This document shows positions 9,691 through 22,559 of a DNA stretch of 64,000 bases, piece after piece; positions within the stretch are counted from its first letter, which is position 1; every line of letters starts with the position of its first letter. The stretch covers positions 352,001-416,000 of the forward strand of contig CAWCIZ010000002.1 of the NCBI GenBank assembly GCA_963795855.1, read 5' to 3'. The stretch is from Vulcanimicrobiota bacterium (GTDB lineage: Bacteria; Vulcanimicrobiota; Vulcanimicrobiia; Vulcanimicrobiales; Vulcanimicrobiaceae). The notes beneath the pieces were generated by a model. It was not told the DNA's origin. It searched no databases and saw nothing but the letters and a program-made list of their open reading frames with translations. Position numbers and translations under genes: made by a program.

Positions 9691-10577
9691 ATGGGCGGCG
9701 TGGCAGAGCAAAAAGGAAAAAAGACCGGCGCACCGCCGGCGTCTGAGGAGTCCGGCAACATCGTTCAACTCTCGCAAGATGAAGAACAGCGAGGTCCGCA
9801 AGCGCTCTGCGATTCGCGCCGCCGTTGTTTTCGAAACGATTCGGCGCGAGGGCGAGACCGAGGTCACGCGCCCGGCAATTGCGCTGGCGTTTTCCGGACT
9901 CGCGTGCGGGCTATCGATGGGCTTTTCGCTTGTCGGCACCGGACTGCTCGCGCGCGTACACCCCCGACGCCCCTTGGCGTCCCTTGTTCATCAACTTAGG
10001 GTATACGCTCGGCTTTTTGATCGTCGTGCTCGGACGTCAGCAACTCTTTACCGAGAATACGCTTACCGCGATTCTGCCGGTTCTGGACGATCCCGACAAA
10101 GCGAAAAAGACCATTCAGATGCTTCGGCTTTGGGGCATCGTGCTGCTCACCAATCTGATCGGCGCGGGCATCTTCGCTACGGTCGTCGCGCATACCGCAA
10201 CGTTTGCGCCGCCGGTAAAAGCGGCGTTTCTGCAGATCGGGTTGGAGGCGCTGCGACCCTCGTTCGGAGAGATCGTGTGGCGCGGTATTCTCGCGGGATG
10301 GCTGATCGCGCTCATGGTGTGGCTGCTGCCGGCTGCGAATCCGCAGCGCGTGTGGATCGTGCTCATCATTACGTGGCTCGTCGGCGCGGCGGGATTGAGC
10401 CACATCATCGCCGGTTCCGTCGAGGCGCTGTACGCCGTTGCATCGGGCGCGTGGCCGTGGACTCTGTACGTCACGAACTTCTTGGTTCCGGTCTTCATCG
10501 GAAATTGCATCGGCGGCGTGGGGCTGGTAGCGATTTTGAATTACGGGCAAGTCGTGCCCGAACAAGGCGGCGACTGA
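9691..10577 (+). CDS. Formate/nitrite transporter (FNT) family protein; frameshifts near 9785 and 9955
   Basis: GLACGLSMGFS, QQLFTENT, GILAGWLIALMVWL, SHIIAGS, GNCIGG. Confidence 0.85.
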
Positions 10578-10607
10578 GCCGGCAGTCTGCGCGAGCACCG
10601 GCAAACG

Positions 10608-11189
10608 TCATGCCCACTCCGCGTGCCATTGACGGTCTTCGAGCAGACGTAGAATCTCGCGAACGAACCTCGTTTCTCCCTGTAGACGCGCCACTGCATG
10701 GGAATTCGCAAGCTGAGCCGGCCCGGAGCGTGATTGCATGTCGCCAAAGAGGCGTTTGAGGCGGCGCTCGTGCGCGGCGAGTTCTTTGGACCGGCGCACC
10801 AACATGCGTATTGCTTGAGCGCGCGAAAGCTGCCCAAGCAACACGAGCGCGATCTCGAGCGCGGAGGCTCCGACTTCCGTGTCGTTGATGATTGCATTCA
10901 ATAGTTCGTGGAAACGATCTTCGCCTCTGCCCGTCAAGTGATAAACGACTTTGGTTTCTGCCGGACCGCGCTTTGCTTTCGCGCTGCGCTTCCCCAAGTA
11001 GCCCTCAGCAGCGAGTCTGCCTACGAAATCGTAGATGTTGCCGTGCCCCAAATCGCGATACAAGGCCGTATGGCTTCGGACGGCGCGATCGATTGCGTAG
11101 GCGGAGAGTGGTTGACGCCTTACGAGGCCAAGCACGAGCAATTCCCGCGCAAAAACGATGCGTTTTATCCCGTTGCGGCCGCTATCCAC
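10608..11189 (-). CDS. PadR-family transcriptional regulator
   Basis: LLVLGLV..QPLSAYAI, GNIY...RLAAEGY, KVVYHLTGRGE winged helix. Confidence 0.8.
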   Translation of the reverse strand: MDSGRNGIKRIVFARELLVLGLVRRQPLSAYAIDRAVRSHTALYRDLGHGNIYDFVGRLAAEGYLGKRSAKAKRGPAETKVVYHLTGRGEDRFHELLNAIINDTEVGASALEIALVLLGQLSRAQAIRMLVRRSKELAAHERRLKRLFGDMQSRSGPAQLANSHAVARLQGETRFVREILRLLEDRQWHAEWA

Positions 11190-14100
11190 GGTTTCCTGGC
11201 CGGCTTCCTACGTCGATAATATGCTAGATAGACGATGGGAACGACGAAAAGCGTGAGTAAAAGCGACGTCGAGAGACCGCCGATCACCACGGTACCCAAT
11301 GCTCGCCGATAGTCCGCGCCGATGGTGTGCCCCAACGCGAGCGGCAACATCCCCGCAATCATGGCAAACGTCGTCATCACAATTGGCCGGAATCGCGTTT
11401 GCACCGCCTGCAGCATCGCGTCGTAGGACGAGTCGCCGCGCCGAACGCCACGTTCGGCATACTCCACGAGTAAAATTCCGTTTTTTGCGACGAGGCCGAC
11501 GAGCATCACGATGCCAAGCATCGAATAGAGGTTGAGCGTTTGAAATTGCAGCACGGAAGCGCTCGGAAAAACGTTCTTGAGCGCATTGAGCACAAAGAGG
11601 ACGCCAAGCGCGCCGACCGACGCGAGGGGGACGGTCAGCATGATGATGAGCGGCAACGTATAGCTGCGATAGAGGACCGCCAGGATCACATACACGCAGA
11701 GGAGCGAAATTGCGAACGCTTCCAGCACGCGACTGACCGTTTCGAGGAACTGTTCGACGTCGCCGCGCGGCTCGATTACCGCGCCGGCCGGAAGAAAACC
11801 GGGCTCGCGTAGTTTGCGGTAAACGGCGGATGTCAGTACGCTAATCGGTACGCCTTCCTGCGGATTCGCGGTCACCGTCACAATGCGGCGCCCGTCCTCG
11901 CGTTCAATTACGACGGGCTGCTTCGACGAACGGATTTGTGCGACGTCCGCCAATGGAACCAATTGGCCGTCGGCGCTGCGGACCATCTGCCGGCGCACCA
12001 GTTCGAGGTCACCACGCTCCGCCGCATCCGCTTGCACGACGACGTTGACGAGTCCCGATGGGAGCCGCGCTTTGGAGGCGATCGCGCCGCCCGTCGTAAG
12101 GCGCGCGGTCTGTGCAGCATCATCCGGCGATACGTTGAGCAGCCTCGCTCTGCCGGCGTCGATCGCAATTTGCACGTATGGAGCCAGCCCGAGCGCGCTC
12201 GTGCGCACATCCGTTGCATTTGGATTGGCGCGCAACACACGGGCAATGCGATCGGCCGCGACGTCGGCAACGCCGGGATCGCCTCCGACGCTGTAGCTTA
12301 TCGGCGCTGCGCCGCCCATGCCTTTTCCCGCTCCGGCGATCGACGCCGAAGGGACGAGGTACTGAAGCCGTTTGGCCTCGTCCGTCGCGCCGCTCGCCGA
12401 AGCGGAAGGATCGGCGAGCACGATGGCCAGCTGCGCGACATTGGCGGCAAACACGTCGGTCGTGCCGTTGAAAGCGCGGCCCGCCGTGGACTCGATGTGC
12501 CGAATGGCCGGGTCATCCAGAAGCCCGCCGGTAAGTTTGCGCGCGGCCGAATCCGTAACCGCAAGCGGTGTACCGGGCGGCATGGTGAGATCGACCGTCG
12601 CCACGCCGCGATTGACGGGCGGCGAAAACTCGGCTGGAACGGCGCCCGCAATCAGCAGAGCAAACGGTACGGCGCAAAGGACAGACGCAAATAGCAGCAG
12701 GGGCACGCGGTTTTTCCAAGCCGCCGGCAGCCACACGCAAGCATAGCGATGGCCAATCAAGATCTCGTAGCGCCCGAAGGCGTTGATTGCAGCATGCCAG
12801 GCCGCAAACGCCGTCACGAGCGGGCGAGTGCGAAACGTCCACGGAAAGGTACGCGCACGCCCTCGCAGTGCAGCAACGGCCTCCGAAAAGCGAAGATCGT
12901 CCAAGCCGAACGTGCGGCGCACCAGCGCCCAACGCGCGGTAAGCAATGGCGTAAGCGTAAACGAGACCAACAGCGAAAATGCCGTTGCGAACACGATCAC
13001 CAAACCGAACTCACGCATGAACTCGCCGATGGTACCGCTCATCAGCGCGATGGGCGCAAACACCGCGACGTCGACCAGCGTAATCGCGAACGCAGCGCCG
13101 CCGATTTCCCGCCGGCCCGCCAAGGCCGCCTCATCCGGCGAGCCGAGGCTCTTCGCAGAACGCGCGATCGCCTCGATAATGACTATCGAGTCGTCAACGA
13201 GAATGCCGATCGTCAACGAGAGCCCCATCAAGGAGAGCACGTTGAGCGTAAATCCGAGCATCCACATCAGTAGAAACGCCGCGCAAAGCGACGTCGGAAT
13301 CGCGATTGCGGCAATGGCGGCGCTGCGCCACGCGTGCAAAAACAGCAGCATCACGAGCACTGTGAGTACTACGCCTTCTCCCAGCGTTTGCAGCACGCCG
13401 GCAATCGCGGCGTTTGTGGCGGGTCCGTCGGTACGCAGTTCTTCAAAGCGAATGGCCGGATACTGCGCGGCGAGGCGCCGAAACGTTTTGCGCACGTTCG
13501 CAATCGTTCGCAGCGCATCGTAACCCGATGCGTTCGACACGTAGACAATAGCAGAGCGATCGCCGTCAACGCGGGAAATGATGCTCGCATCGGCATAGGC
13601 GTCTCGCACATCGGCAACGTCCCCGATCCGAACGGACGGATTGGCGGCAAGGGCAACGGGGACGTTCCGCAAGTCTTCCGGCGATGTCGCGGCTGCGTTG
13701 ATGCCAATCACCGGTTCGCTAACCGAACCGCGTAACACGCCTCCTGGAAACACGTCGTTGCTCGCGGCGGCGGCGCGGAACACGTCTAGCGCCGTCGCAT
13801 GCAGCGCTTGCATCGATCCGCCGCGCGGCCGGATCGTGAACTGACGAGTTCGTGCGCCGCTGATGCGGACCCCGCCGACGCCCGCCGTCTCCCGCAACAA
13901 CGGCTCCAGGCGGTGCGTCAAGATCTCGGAAAGTGCGGCATCGGAAATGAGCGCGGAACCGATCGCCTCTTCCATGACGGGGGCCTGCCCCGGATCGTTT
14001 TTGCTTACAATCGGCGCAACGAGATCCGGCGGCAGATTGACGCGAGCCGCATCGGTGGCTTGCTGCACTTCGGCGCGGTCGACGTCGACGTTGGTGCCGA

Positions 14101-14387
14101 AGCGAAACTGCACGACGATCTCCGCCACGCCGTTTTGAGCGGTCGCGGAGACGCGCGAGATCTTGTAAACCGCTTACCTGATCTTCGATAGGTTCGATGA
14201 CTAGGCGCTCGATCTCGATAGCGCTCGCGCCCGCATAGGGCGCCGCAACCGTCACGACGGGGAGCGAAACGGGTGGCAATGTGCTGCGCCCCATCCGCAT
14301 GAGTGCGAACAAACCGAACAGCACGACAAGTACGAAGAACAAAGTCGTGGGTATAGGGTTTTGCAGACAGTAGCGTGTAAGCCGCAC
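11165..14387 (-). CDS. RND efflux permease (AcrB/MdtB-like); frameshift near 14140
   Basis: ~1070 aa; GILVDDSIVIIE, VAKNGILLVE, RFRPIVMTT; N-terminus (VRLTRYCLQNP...IEPIEDQ) in second frame. Confidence 0.9.
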
Positions 14388-14510
14388 GCCGGACTCTTTT
14401 CCACGAGGCCCGGATAAGGCTGCGCCCGTCAAGGCGAAATTACTTCACAATGAAGTAATTTTGCCCAAATTCGACTTTTCAGCCGTGCAAGAGCGGCGTA
14501 TCGTCAAGAC

Positions 14511-14915
14511 ATGAAGCACACACTTTGGACTCTTCTTTTCGCGAGCGCCATCGCGCTCGCAAATCCACCGATGGCGGGCGCGCAAATGATGGGACACAAG
14601 CCGCCCGTTCCAATGTCGCCGCAGCAGTTCACGCAGGCGGCAGCCGGGCAGAACGTGCAAATAGCGGTTCGCGTGACCGCTGTAAAAAGAAACACGCTGC
14701 TCGCGCAGTTGCTGCAGCACGAGACCGACGCGCGTTCCAGAGCTACGAACACGCATGTTACGCTGTACTACGCGGACGGCACGCCCGTCGTCATGGGCAC
14801 CGCTCGAGACATCGTCCCGGGCGCGGTTCTCTTTGTGTACGGCATCGTGACGAAGCCGGGGCACGTCGACGTCAAGCAAGCCGTCGTCGACACGCGGTTC
14901 GTAAAGGTTCAGTAG
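14511..14915 (+). CDS. Secreted hypothetical protein
   Basis: Signal peptide MKHTLWTLLFASAIALANPPMAGA; divergent from RND gene. Confidence 0.6.
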   Translation: MKHTLWTLLFASAIALANPPMAGAQMMGHKPPVPMSPQQFTQAAAGQNVQIAVRVTAVKRNTLLAQLLQHETDARSRATNTHVTLYYADGTPVVMGTARDIVPGAVLFVYGIVTKPGHVDVKQAVVDTRFVKVQ

Positions 14916-14916
14916 T

Positions 14917-15297
14917 CTGGATCCAAACGATCTCGCCGCGTGGACTGCACTGGCGCTCATTCCCGTCAGTGCAGCCGCCGGCTGGTATCTGCGGCGGCGC
15001 GGCAACGGTGCTTTTGCAATCCGTCTCCGGCCGCATTACGTAATAGGGTATGCGGCGCTCGGATGCGCCGTCTTGCACATGATGCTTGCAATGCCGGCGA
15101 CGTCGGGCGCAAACGGCAACGGCATTTGGTCCGCGGCGTTCGCTACGACCGGCTTAGCGCTGCAATCATTCATCGGCACGAATTTGCAATCGCCCGGATC
15201 GTATCGAGTGCTGCTGCGGCGCTGGCATACTGCGCTGTTTTGGGGTATTGCACTCTTTTCGGTCGTGCATGTCGCGCTCGATGGCGTAACGTTTTAG
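14917..15297 (+). CDS. Four-TM membrane protein with four His (cytochrome b-like); apparent CTG start
   Basis: Frame open from 14905; LDPNDLAAWTALAL...RPHY...VLHM...RWHT...VVHV. Confidence 0.55.
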   Translation: MDPNDLAAWTALALIPVSAAAGWYLRRRGNGAFAIRLRPHYVIGYAALGCAVLHMMLAMPATSGANGNGIWSAAFATTGLALQSFIGTNLQSPGSYRVLLRRWHTALFWGIALFSVVHVALDGVTF

Positions 15298-15331
15298 TCG
15301 ACAATGCGCTGAACGACTTCGACGCAGGGGA

Positions 15332-15694
15332 CTACGGTTTCGGATGCTGACGCAGGCCGATCGGCGTTCCGTCGGGATCCTTGACGATCGCGATCAGCAA
15401 TCCGCGCGCTACGTCGGTGACATCCTGCACTTTTTCCGCTCCGTTCGCAGTGAGGCTCGTGAGCGCGGCGTTGATGTCGTCGACATCGACGTACGCCAGG
15501 GCTCCCGATAGGCCACGCTGCGCCGCGCTCGGGTCGAGCCCGATTTCCACGTCGCCGGCTTTGAAGCCGACGTAATACGGGCTGTCGGCGTAAGGCTCGA
15601 TGCCGAGCAAGTCCGTGAAGAACTTCTTTGTCTTCGACACGTCCGAGGCGGGGTAAACGATGAGTGCGACGTTCTTTGCCAACAGGTCAGGCAT
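15332..15694 (-). CDS. VOC/glyoxalase family protein
   Basis: YPASDVSKTKKFF..LLG, YVDVDDI, KDPDGTPIGL. Confidence 0.85.
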   Translation of the reverse strand: MPDLLAKNVALIVYPASDVSKTKKFFTDLLGIEPYADSPYYVGFKAGDVEIGLDPSAAQRGLSGALAYVDVDDINAALTSLTANGAEKVQDVTDVARGLLIAIVKDPDGTPIGLRQHPKP

Positions 15695-15749
15695 GTTGTG
15701 TATCCTCTTTCGATGTTCGCGTCGTGCTTTTTTGGGGTCGCCCAGGTGT

Positions 15750-15776
15750 GACGAAACGCAGCGTTCGAATGTGACG
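15750..15776 (-). promoter_or_regulatory. ECF41-type promoter upstream of VOC gene
   Basis: Minus strand CGTCACA-N16-CGTC versus ECF41 consensus TGTCACA-N16-CGTC. Confidence 0.7.
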
Positions 15777-15813
15777 TAAGGGGTCCGCGGCAAGCGCCCC
15801 TACAGTGCCGCGC

Positions 15814-16663
15814 TTAGAGGCCGAGGATTTGCCGAACGCGTTCGGGCCGCGAGATCACGTAGATCTCCCGAATTTGCTCGCCCGAGATAACGAACCCCAT
15901 CACGGATAGCGGTTCGCCGTTCGGAAGGTACGAAACGATTCCGGGCGTTCCGTTGACGACGACCTGCTCCAGATTTTGGACGACTTTAGAGAACGTGACG
16001 GCTTGCGATGCGACCGCCTGCGCGCCGCGAATGCCTCGCAAGGCCGGCTCCCGATCGGCACGCAGCAGCACGTTGGGATCGAGTACCGCGACGAGGGCGT
16101 CAAAGTCGCCTTCGCGTACCGCCGCGAGGAACGCGTCCACAACCGCGCGCCGCTGCGCGAAACCGATCGCCGGCGGCGTTGCGCCCTGCACGCGGCGGCG
16201 TGCTCGGCTCGCCAGCTCGACGTACGGCCGTGGGCGATCGGCCGACGATCGATGCGATCTCTTCGAACGGCACCACGAACATGTCGTGAAGGACGAACGC
16301 AAGCCTTTCCGCCGGTGTAAGGCTGTCGAGCACGACGAGAAGAGCCAAACCAACCGAATCGGCTGCGAGCACTTGGTCTTCGGGGCCTTCGGCGCGGCTC
16401 ACGATGAAGTCGGGAATCTCCGGCGCAAGCGGCTCCTCGGCTTTGGCACGCCGAGCGCGAAGCATGTCGACACAGATGCGCGAAACGACCGTCGTGAGCC
16501 ACGCATCGATTTTCTCGATGCCCTCATCGCCCCGGCGACTGAGGCGCAGCCACGCTTCTTGCACGGCGTCGTCGGCATCGTCGAGCGATCCGAGCATTCG
16601 GTATGCCACGCCGCGCAAGCGGGAACGGTTTTCTTCAAACCGTTCCGCCAACCACTCCGTCAT
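15814..16663 (-). CDS. ECF41/SigJ-like sigma factor with C-terminal SnoaL-like extension; frameshift near 16220
   Basis: AYRMLGSLDDADDAVQEAWLR, LTPAERLAFVLHD, LASRARRRV, VDAFLAA..GDFDALVAVLDP. Confidence 0.88.
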
Positions 16664-16773
16664 CTGGTTGTTCGCTTCTTCCACGCTGCGTTCGCTTCCC
16701 ACTAGGTCGTTCACGACATCGGCACAGCGGTCGAAAAGGTCAAAGCGTTCTATCGAGATATTCTCGAGCGTGT

Positions 16774-17325
16774 TTAGCCGCTCGACAAAACGTCGCCGAA
16801 CGGACCGAACTGCGCTGCATGCTCGCGCAGCTTGCGATAAATGAGCGCAGACGGAAAGCCGAGGCGCTCGAGCGCCCGTGCCGCCGACGGATAACTCAGT
16901 TCGGGCTTTGTCCGAAACAGTTTGGCGAGCGCGTCGTCGATCCGTTCGGTTTCATCAACCGATCCGCCGCAGACGGCGGCCGCCGCCGCGTCGCGTTCGA
17001 TGCCCTTGCGCACGAGTTCACCGACGAGCCGCACGTTGCCGACCGATTTCCGCTTCTGCTCTACATACAGTTGTGCGAAAAGCCGGTCGTCGATGTAGCC
17101 GTCGCGTTTGCAGCGCTCGACCGCATCGCGTATCGCTTCATCGGCATAGCCTTTGCGTTCGAGTCTCTGCCACAACTGCGCCTCGGTCAGGCGCTTCTGC
17201 GCGAGCGCCCGCAGTGCGGTTACGTAGGGCGATGTCGCGGGGTGGGCTTTGTTTGGTGACTCGATCGCTGCGGCTGGTGAGGTGCAGCACGTGTTCCCCG
17301 AACCGTTCACAAATTCGCCCTCCAT
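16774..17325 (-). CDS. recX: Regulatory protein RecX (start uncertain)
   Basis: [37 protein letters not shown]; downstream of recA. Confidence 0.85.
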   Translation of the reverse strand: MEGEFVNGSGNTCCTSPAAAIESPNKAHPATSPYVTALRALAQKRLTEAQLWQRLERKGYADEAIRDAVERCKRDGYIDDRLFAQLYVEQKRKSVGNVRLVGELVRKGIERDAAAAAVCGGSVDETERIDDALAKLFRTKPELSYPSAARALERLGFPSALIYRKLREHAAQFGPFGDVLSSG

Positions 17326-17396
17326 GGCGAATTTGCTACTTCTGTGCGTTTTTGCGAAAACAAGTTTTGAAAAAACCATCCGGGTTTGCGCAAAAA

Positions 17397-17512
17397 CGTC
17401 ACAGATTCGAGGAACACGTACCGCACCTCACCAGCTGGAACCGATCGCACAGATTTCCCAAACAAGCCCGAGCCCTCGGCGTCGCGTGAGAGACCGTCAC
17501 AGATTCGTGGAA
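17397..17512. repeat. Short direct repeats in the recA-recX spacer
   Basis: CGTCACAGATTCG(A/T)GGAA at 17397 and 17495; core CACAGATT also at 17448. Confidence 0.6.
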
Positions 17513-17513
17513 G

Positions 17514-18557
<1,044 letters not shown>

Positions 18558-18627
18558 GCTTTTCTCCTAAAAAACTGCGTACGTTGTGAGTCTCACGCTA
18601 ACCGGGCGCGATGCCAAGGGGGTGGCA

Positions 18628-19545
18628 TTAAAATCCGCTGTCCTCGAACAGCGCTTCTATGAATTCCGATGGAACGAAGGGCGCCAGCGCGTCGGCACTC
18701 TCCCCCAAGCCGACGAACTTGATGGGAATTTCCAGCGTGTCGACAATTGCTACGAGCACGCCGCCCTTCGCGGTGGAATCGAGTTTGGTGACCACGACGC
18801 CCGTGAGCGCGGTCGCTTCGTTGAAGAGTTTCGCCTGCGAGATTGCGTTTTGTCCGGTGGTACCGTCGAGCACGAGGAGCGTTTCCGCGGGTGCGGCTCC
18901 GGTCTCCCGCTCGATGATGCGGCGCATCTTCTTGAGTTCTTCCATGAGGTTGGTTTTGGTTTGCAGCCGTCCTGCGGTGTCCACGAGCACCACGTCGGCC
19001 CCGCGCGACTTGCCGGCCTGCATGCCGTCGAACACCACCGACGCCGGATCTGCACCGTCCTTGCCGCGCACGTAATCGGCGCCGCTGCGTTCAGCCCAGA
19101 TGTGCAATTGCTCCGCGGCTGCTGCACGGAACGTATCGGCCGCGACGACGAGAACGCGTTTGCCCTGCGAACGCAGCCGCCCCGCGAGCTTGCCGATCGT
19201 CGTCGTTTTGCCGCTGCCGTTCACGCCAACCACCAGCACGATCGCCGGCTTTGCCGCTACTGCGAGTTCGGCATCGGGAAGCGTAAGAAAACGCTCCACG
19301 TCTTTGCGGAAACGCGCGACGATTTGATCGCTGGTCGTCCAGAGTTCTTGCTTCGCCACCGTTTTCAGACCGCCGACGATTTTTTCGGTCGTCGGCACGC
19401 CGAAATCGGCGAGCAGCAGCAGGTCCTCGAGCTCTTCCCAGAGTTCCGGCGTGATGGGCCGGCGGGCACGGCCGAGGGCCGCTACACCCGAGAGCGTCTC
19501 ACGCGCCTTACCGAACGAGGCCCGGAATTTGGCAATCCAGCTCAC
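18628..19545 (-). CDS. ftsY: SRP receptor FtsY (NG domain only)
   Basis: GVNGSGKTTT, DTFRAAA, DTAGR, TKLDSTAKGG. Confidence 0.96.
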   Translation of the reverse strand: MSWIAKFRASFGKARETLSGVAALGRARRPITPELWEELEDLLLLADFGVPTTEKIVGGLKTVAKQELWTTSDQIVARFRKDVERFLTLPDAELAVAAKPAIVLVVGVNGSGKTTTIGKLAGRLRSQGKRVLVVAADTFRAAAAEQLHIWAERSGADYVRGKDGADPASVVFDGMQAGKSRGADVVLVDTAGRLQTKTNLMEELKKMRRIIERETGAAPAETLLVLDGTTGQNAISQAKLFNEATALTGVVVTKLDSTAKGGVLVAIVDTLEIPIKFVGLGESADALAPFVPSEFIEALFEDSGF

Positions 19546-19615
19546 GGGTATAGCCTCTTCTGCGCTCGGAATCGAACTCCTGTTCGATTCGCGGGGGAAT
19601 TCAAGCGGGCGGCGG

Positions 19616-20597
<982 letters not shown>

Positions 20598-20652
20598 ACC
20601 GCGGACTTCAGCGCGGCTTTTCTTCCTCCGCTAGCTTACGCTATGACGGAAC

Positions 20653-20964
20653 TTAGCGGGCGTGGCTGCGCTTGGCGGCTTCGGAGTCGACGCGGAAGAC
20701 ATACGCCAGTACTTCCGCCACGACTGCGTACAGTTCGCGCGGAATCGTTTCGGTGAGTTCGAGCCGCGAGAGCGCTTCGACGAGTTCGCCGTCTTCATGC
20801 AGCGGGATGTCGTGCTCTTTCGCGACGCGGACGATCTCTTCGGCGATGAGGCCGCGGCCTGCCGCGACAACCTCGGGCGCTTCTTGTCCGACCGGATCGT
20901 ATTTGAGCGCGGCGGCCGCCGGACGCGGCGCTACTTTCTTACGAAAATCGTAGAACCGGTTCAT
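20653..20964 (-). CDS. Stand-alone FlhB C-terminal-domain protein (FlhX/YlqH-like)
   Basis: AALKYD...APEVVAAGRG..AEEIV..AKEHDIP...IPRELY.VVAEVLAYV. Confidence 0.88.
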   Translation of the reverse strand: MNRFYDFRKKVAPRPAAAALKYDPVGQEAPEVVAAGRGLIAEEIVRVAKEHDIPLHEDGELVEALSRLELTETIPRELYAVVAEVLAYVFRVDSEAAKRSHAR

Positions 20965-22553
20965 GCCTGCAAATCCAATCCGCTCTTTCGCGCATCCGGC
21001 GCGGCAACGCTTTCCGCGGCGACGGGACCCTTACGCGCCACGATGCTCGCAGCCGCGGACGCGACGCGGTACCGCAGATCTTCCAAGCGATTACGCAACG
21101 AGGCGAGCGTGTCCGAAAACTGCGCGGCGGCAGGCGCGGTTTCGGTTTTGACGGCAACCTTTACGGCGCGTCCGCTCGTTTGCAAATCGATCGCCACCAT
21201 GCCGAGATTCGCGGTGTCGAGCACGAACGCGACGTGAAAATTTTCCGCGTCGATCTTGCCGCCGCGTGAATCGGCATCATGCGAGATGCGTATTTGTGCG
21301 GGCTTTCCTCCCTCACGATAAAAGACTGGGAGCGAAAAAGCGAAAGTTCCGGGATTTTGCTGATTCGCCGTGAGCGCGTTGACCTGCGTGCCGGTCAGCG
21401 TGATCAGGGTTTCGCTCAACGCCTGCGTCAGCGCGGGGGTGCGTTCCGCCGGCGGATCGCGCAGCAAAGACAAGACGACCGATTTGAGATCGTGCGAGAC
21501 CGCCGCAGCGCGTTCGGCGATGCGTGCCTGCACGGCCACGGGCGCCGGAGTCGTCGCCGCGTCATTCGAGCGCGGCTGCGATTGCGTTTGCAGACGCGGA
21601 GCCGATTGCGTTGCCGTTTCCGTTTTTTCGGGTTGAGCGTGCGTTTGCGTTTGGGATTGCCCATGCGGCGCCGGCGCGGCCTGTGCGTGCGCCTGCAGCA
21701 GCTGCGCAAGCTTCGCTTCGACGCCCTCTACGACGTTGGAGACGTACGACGAAATCTGCGCGCGCAGCGTTTCCGGATTCGCCGGGTTTAAGCGCGCGGT
21801 GAAACCGACGAGCGTGCGAAGCGTCGGGATACGCGGATCCTGCGCGGTGCGCGGCAACGCCGCTTCCAAACGCTGCAGCACCGGCGACACGCGTTCGGGC
21901 GCGTGCGGTGCAATAGTCGCCGCGATGCGCGTGAACGGCGTATCCGGAAGACGCGCAGCACGTAAAAATTCGCTCACCGTTTGCACCGCGCGCTGCACGA
22001 GCGGCGTAACGTTCTTGGGGGTAACGCTCGGCGGCGGTGCTTTCGCCGTTTGCGCGGCAGCGATGCGCGCTTCGATGCTTTGCGGCGACGCCGGCTGAAC
22101 CGACGCGGCGACGAACACTGCGGAAGGCGGCGAGAGCGGCGTTTGCCCTTGCGGCACACGAACAGTCGTAAGTACTGCGCTTTGCCGCAGCGTTTCGCTT
22201 TGCGCGCCCGGCAGCACGGCGTCGTTCACCGCAACGGGATTGGCGGGATCGGGAGCGCCGAGATTGCGTACGAAGATTTGCGTCCCGGAAAAACCGGTGA
22301 CCTGAAGCAACAGCGTTTCGCCGGGATAGACTGCGGGCGGCAGTTGCGCCGCGACACGCAGCCCCAGCAGTTGGACGTAGTCCTGGCCATTCTGCGGCGG
22401 CAGAACCTGCGCGGGGAGAACGTCGCCGAGCGAAATCTGCGTTTCAAGAACATCGGCTGAAACGCCGAGATTGATAGCGGCGTCGAGCATCGCCGCCTCG
22501 GCGGCGGCGACGACGCGGGCACTTATCGCAGCGAGCGGATCGGTGCCTGACAT
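20961..22553 (-). CDS. Flagellar hook-length control FliK-like protein
   Basis: Pro/Ala/Gln-rich middle, C-terminal T3S4-like LDTANLGMVAIDL; coupled to the FlhX-like gene. Confidence 0.65.
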   Translation of the reverse strand: MSGTDPLAAISARVVAAAEAAMLDAAINLGVSADVLETQISLGDVLPAQVLPPQNGQDYVQLLGLRVAAQLPPAVYPGETLLLQVTGFSGTQIFVRNLGAPDPANPVAVNDAVLPGAQSETLRQSAVLTTVRVPQGQTPLSPPSAVFVAASVQPASPQSIEARIAAAQTAKAPPPSVTPKNVTPLVQRAVQTVSEFLRAARLPDTPFTRIAATIAPHAPERVSPVLQRLEAALPRTAQDPRIPTLRTLVGFTARLNPANPETLRAQISSYVSNVVEGVEAKLAQLLQAHAQAAPAPHGQSQTQTHAQPEKTETATQSAPRLQTQSQPRSNDAATTPAPVAVQARIAERAAAVSHDLKSVVLSLLRDPPAERTPALTQALSETLITLTGTQVNALTANQQNPGTFAFSLPVFYREGGKPAQIRISHDADSRGGKIDAENFHVAFVLDTANLGMVAIDLQTSGRAVKVAVKTETAPAAAQFSDTLASLRNRLEDLRYRVASAAASIVARKGPVAAESVAAPDARKSGLDLQA

Positions 22554-22559
22554 CGCGCG

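Noticed and set aside
18645..18658. CGAACAGCGCTTCT resembling a Gram-positive LexA box upstream of recA
   Set aside because: One half-site mismatched (CTTC rather than GTTC), lies in ftsY coding sequence, and no second instance was found to support it
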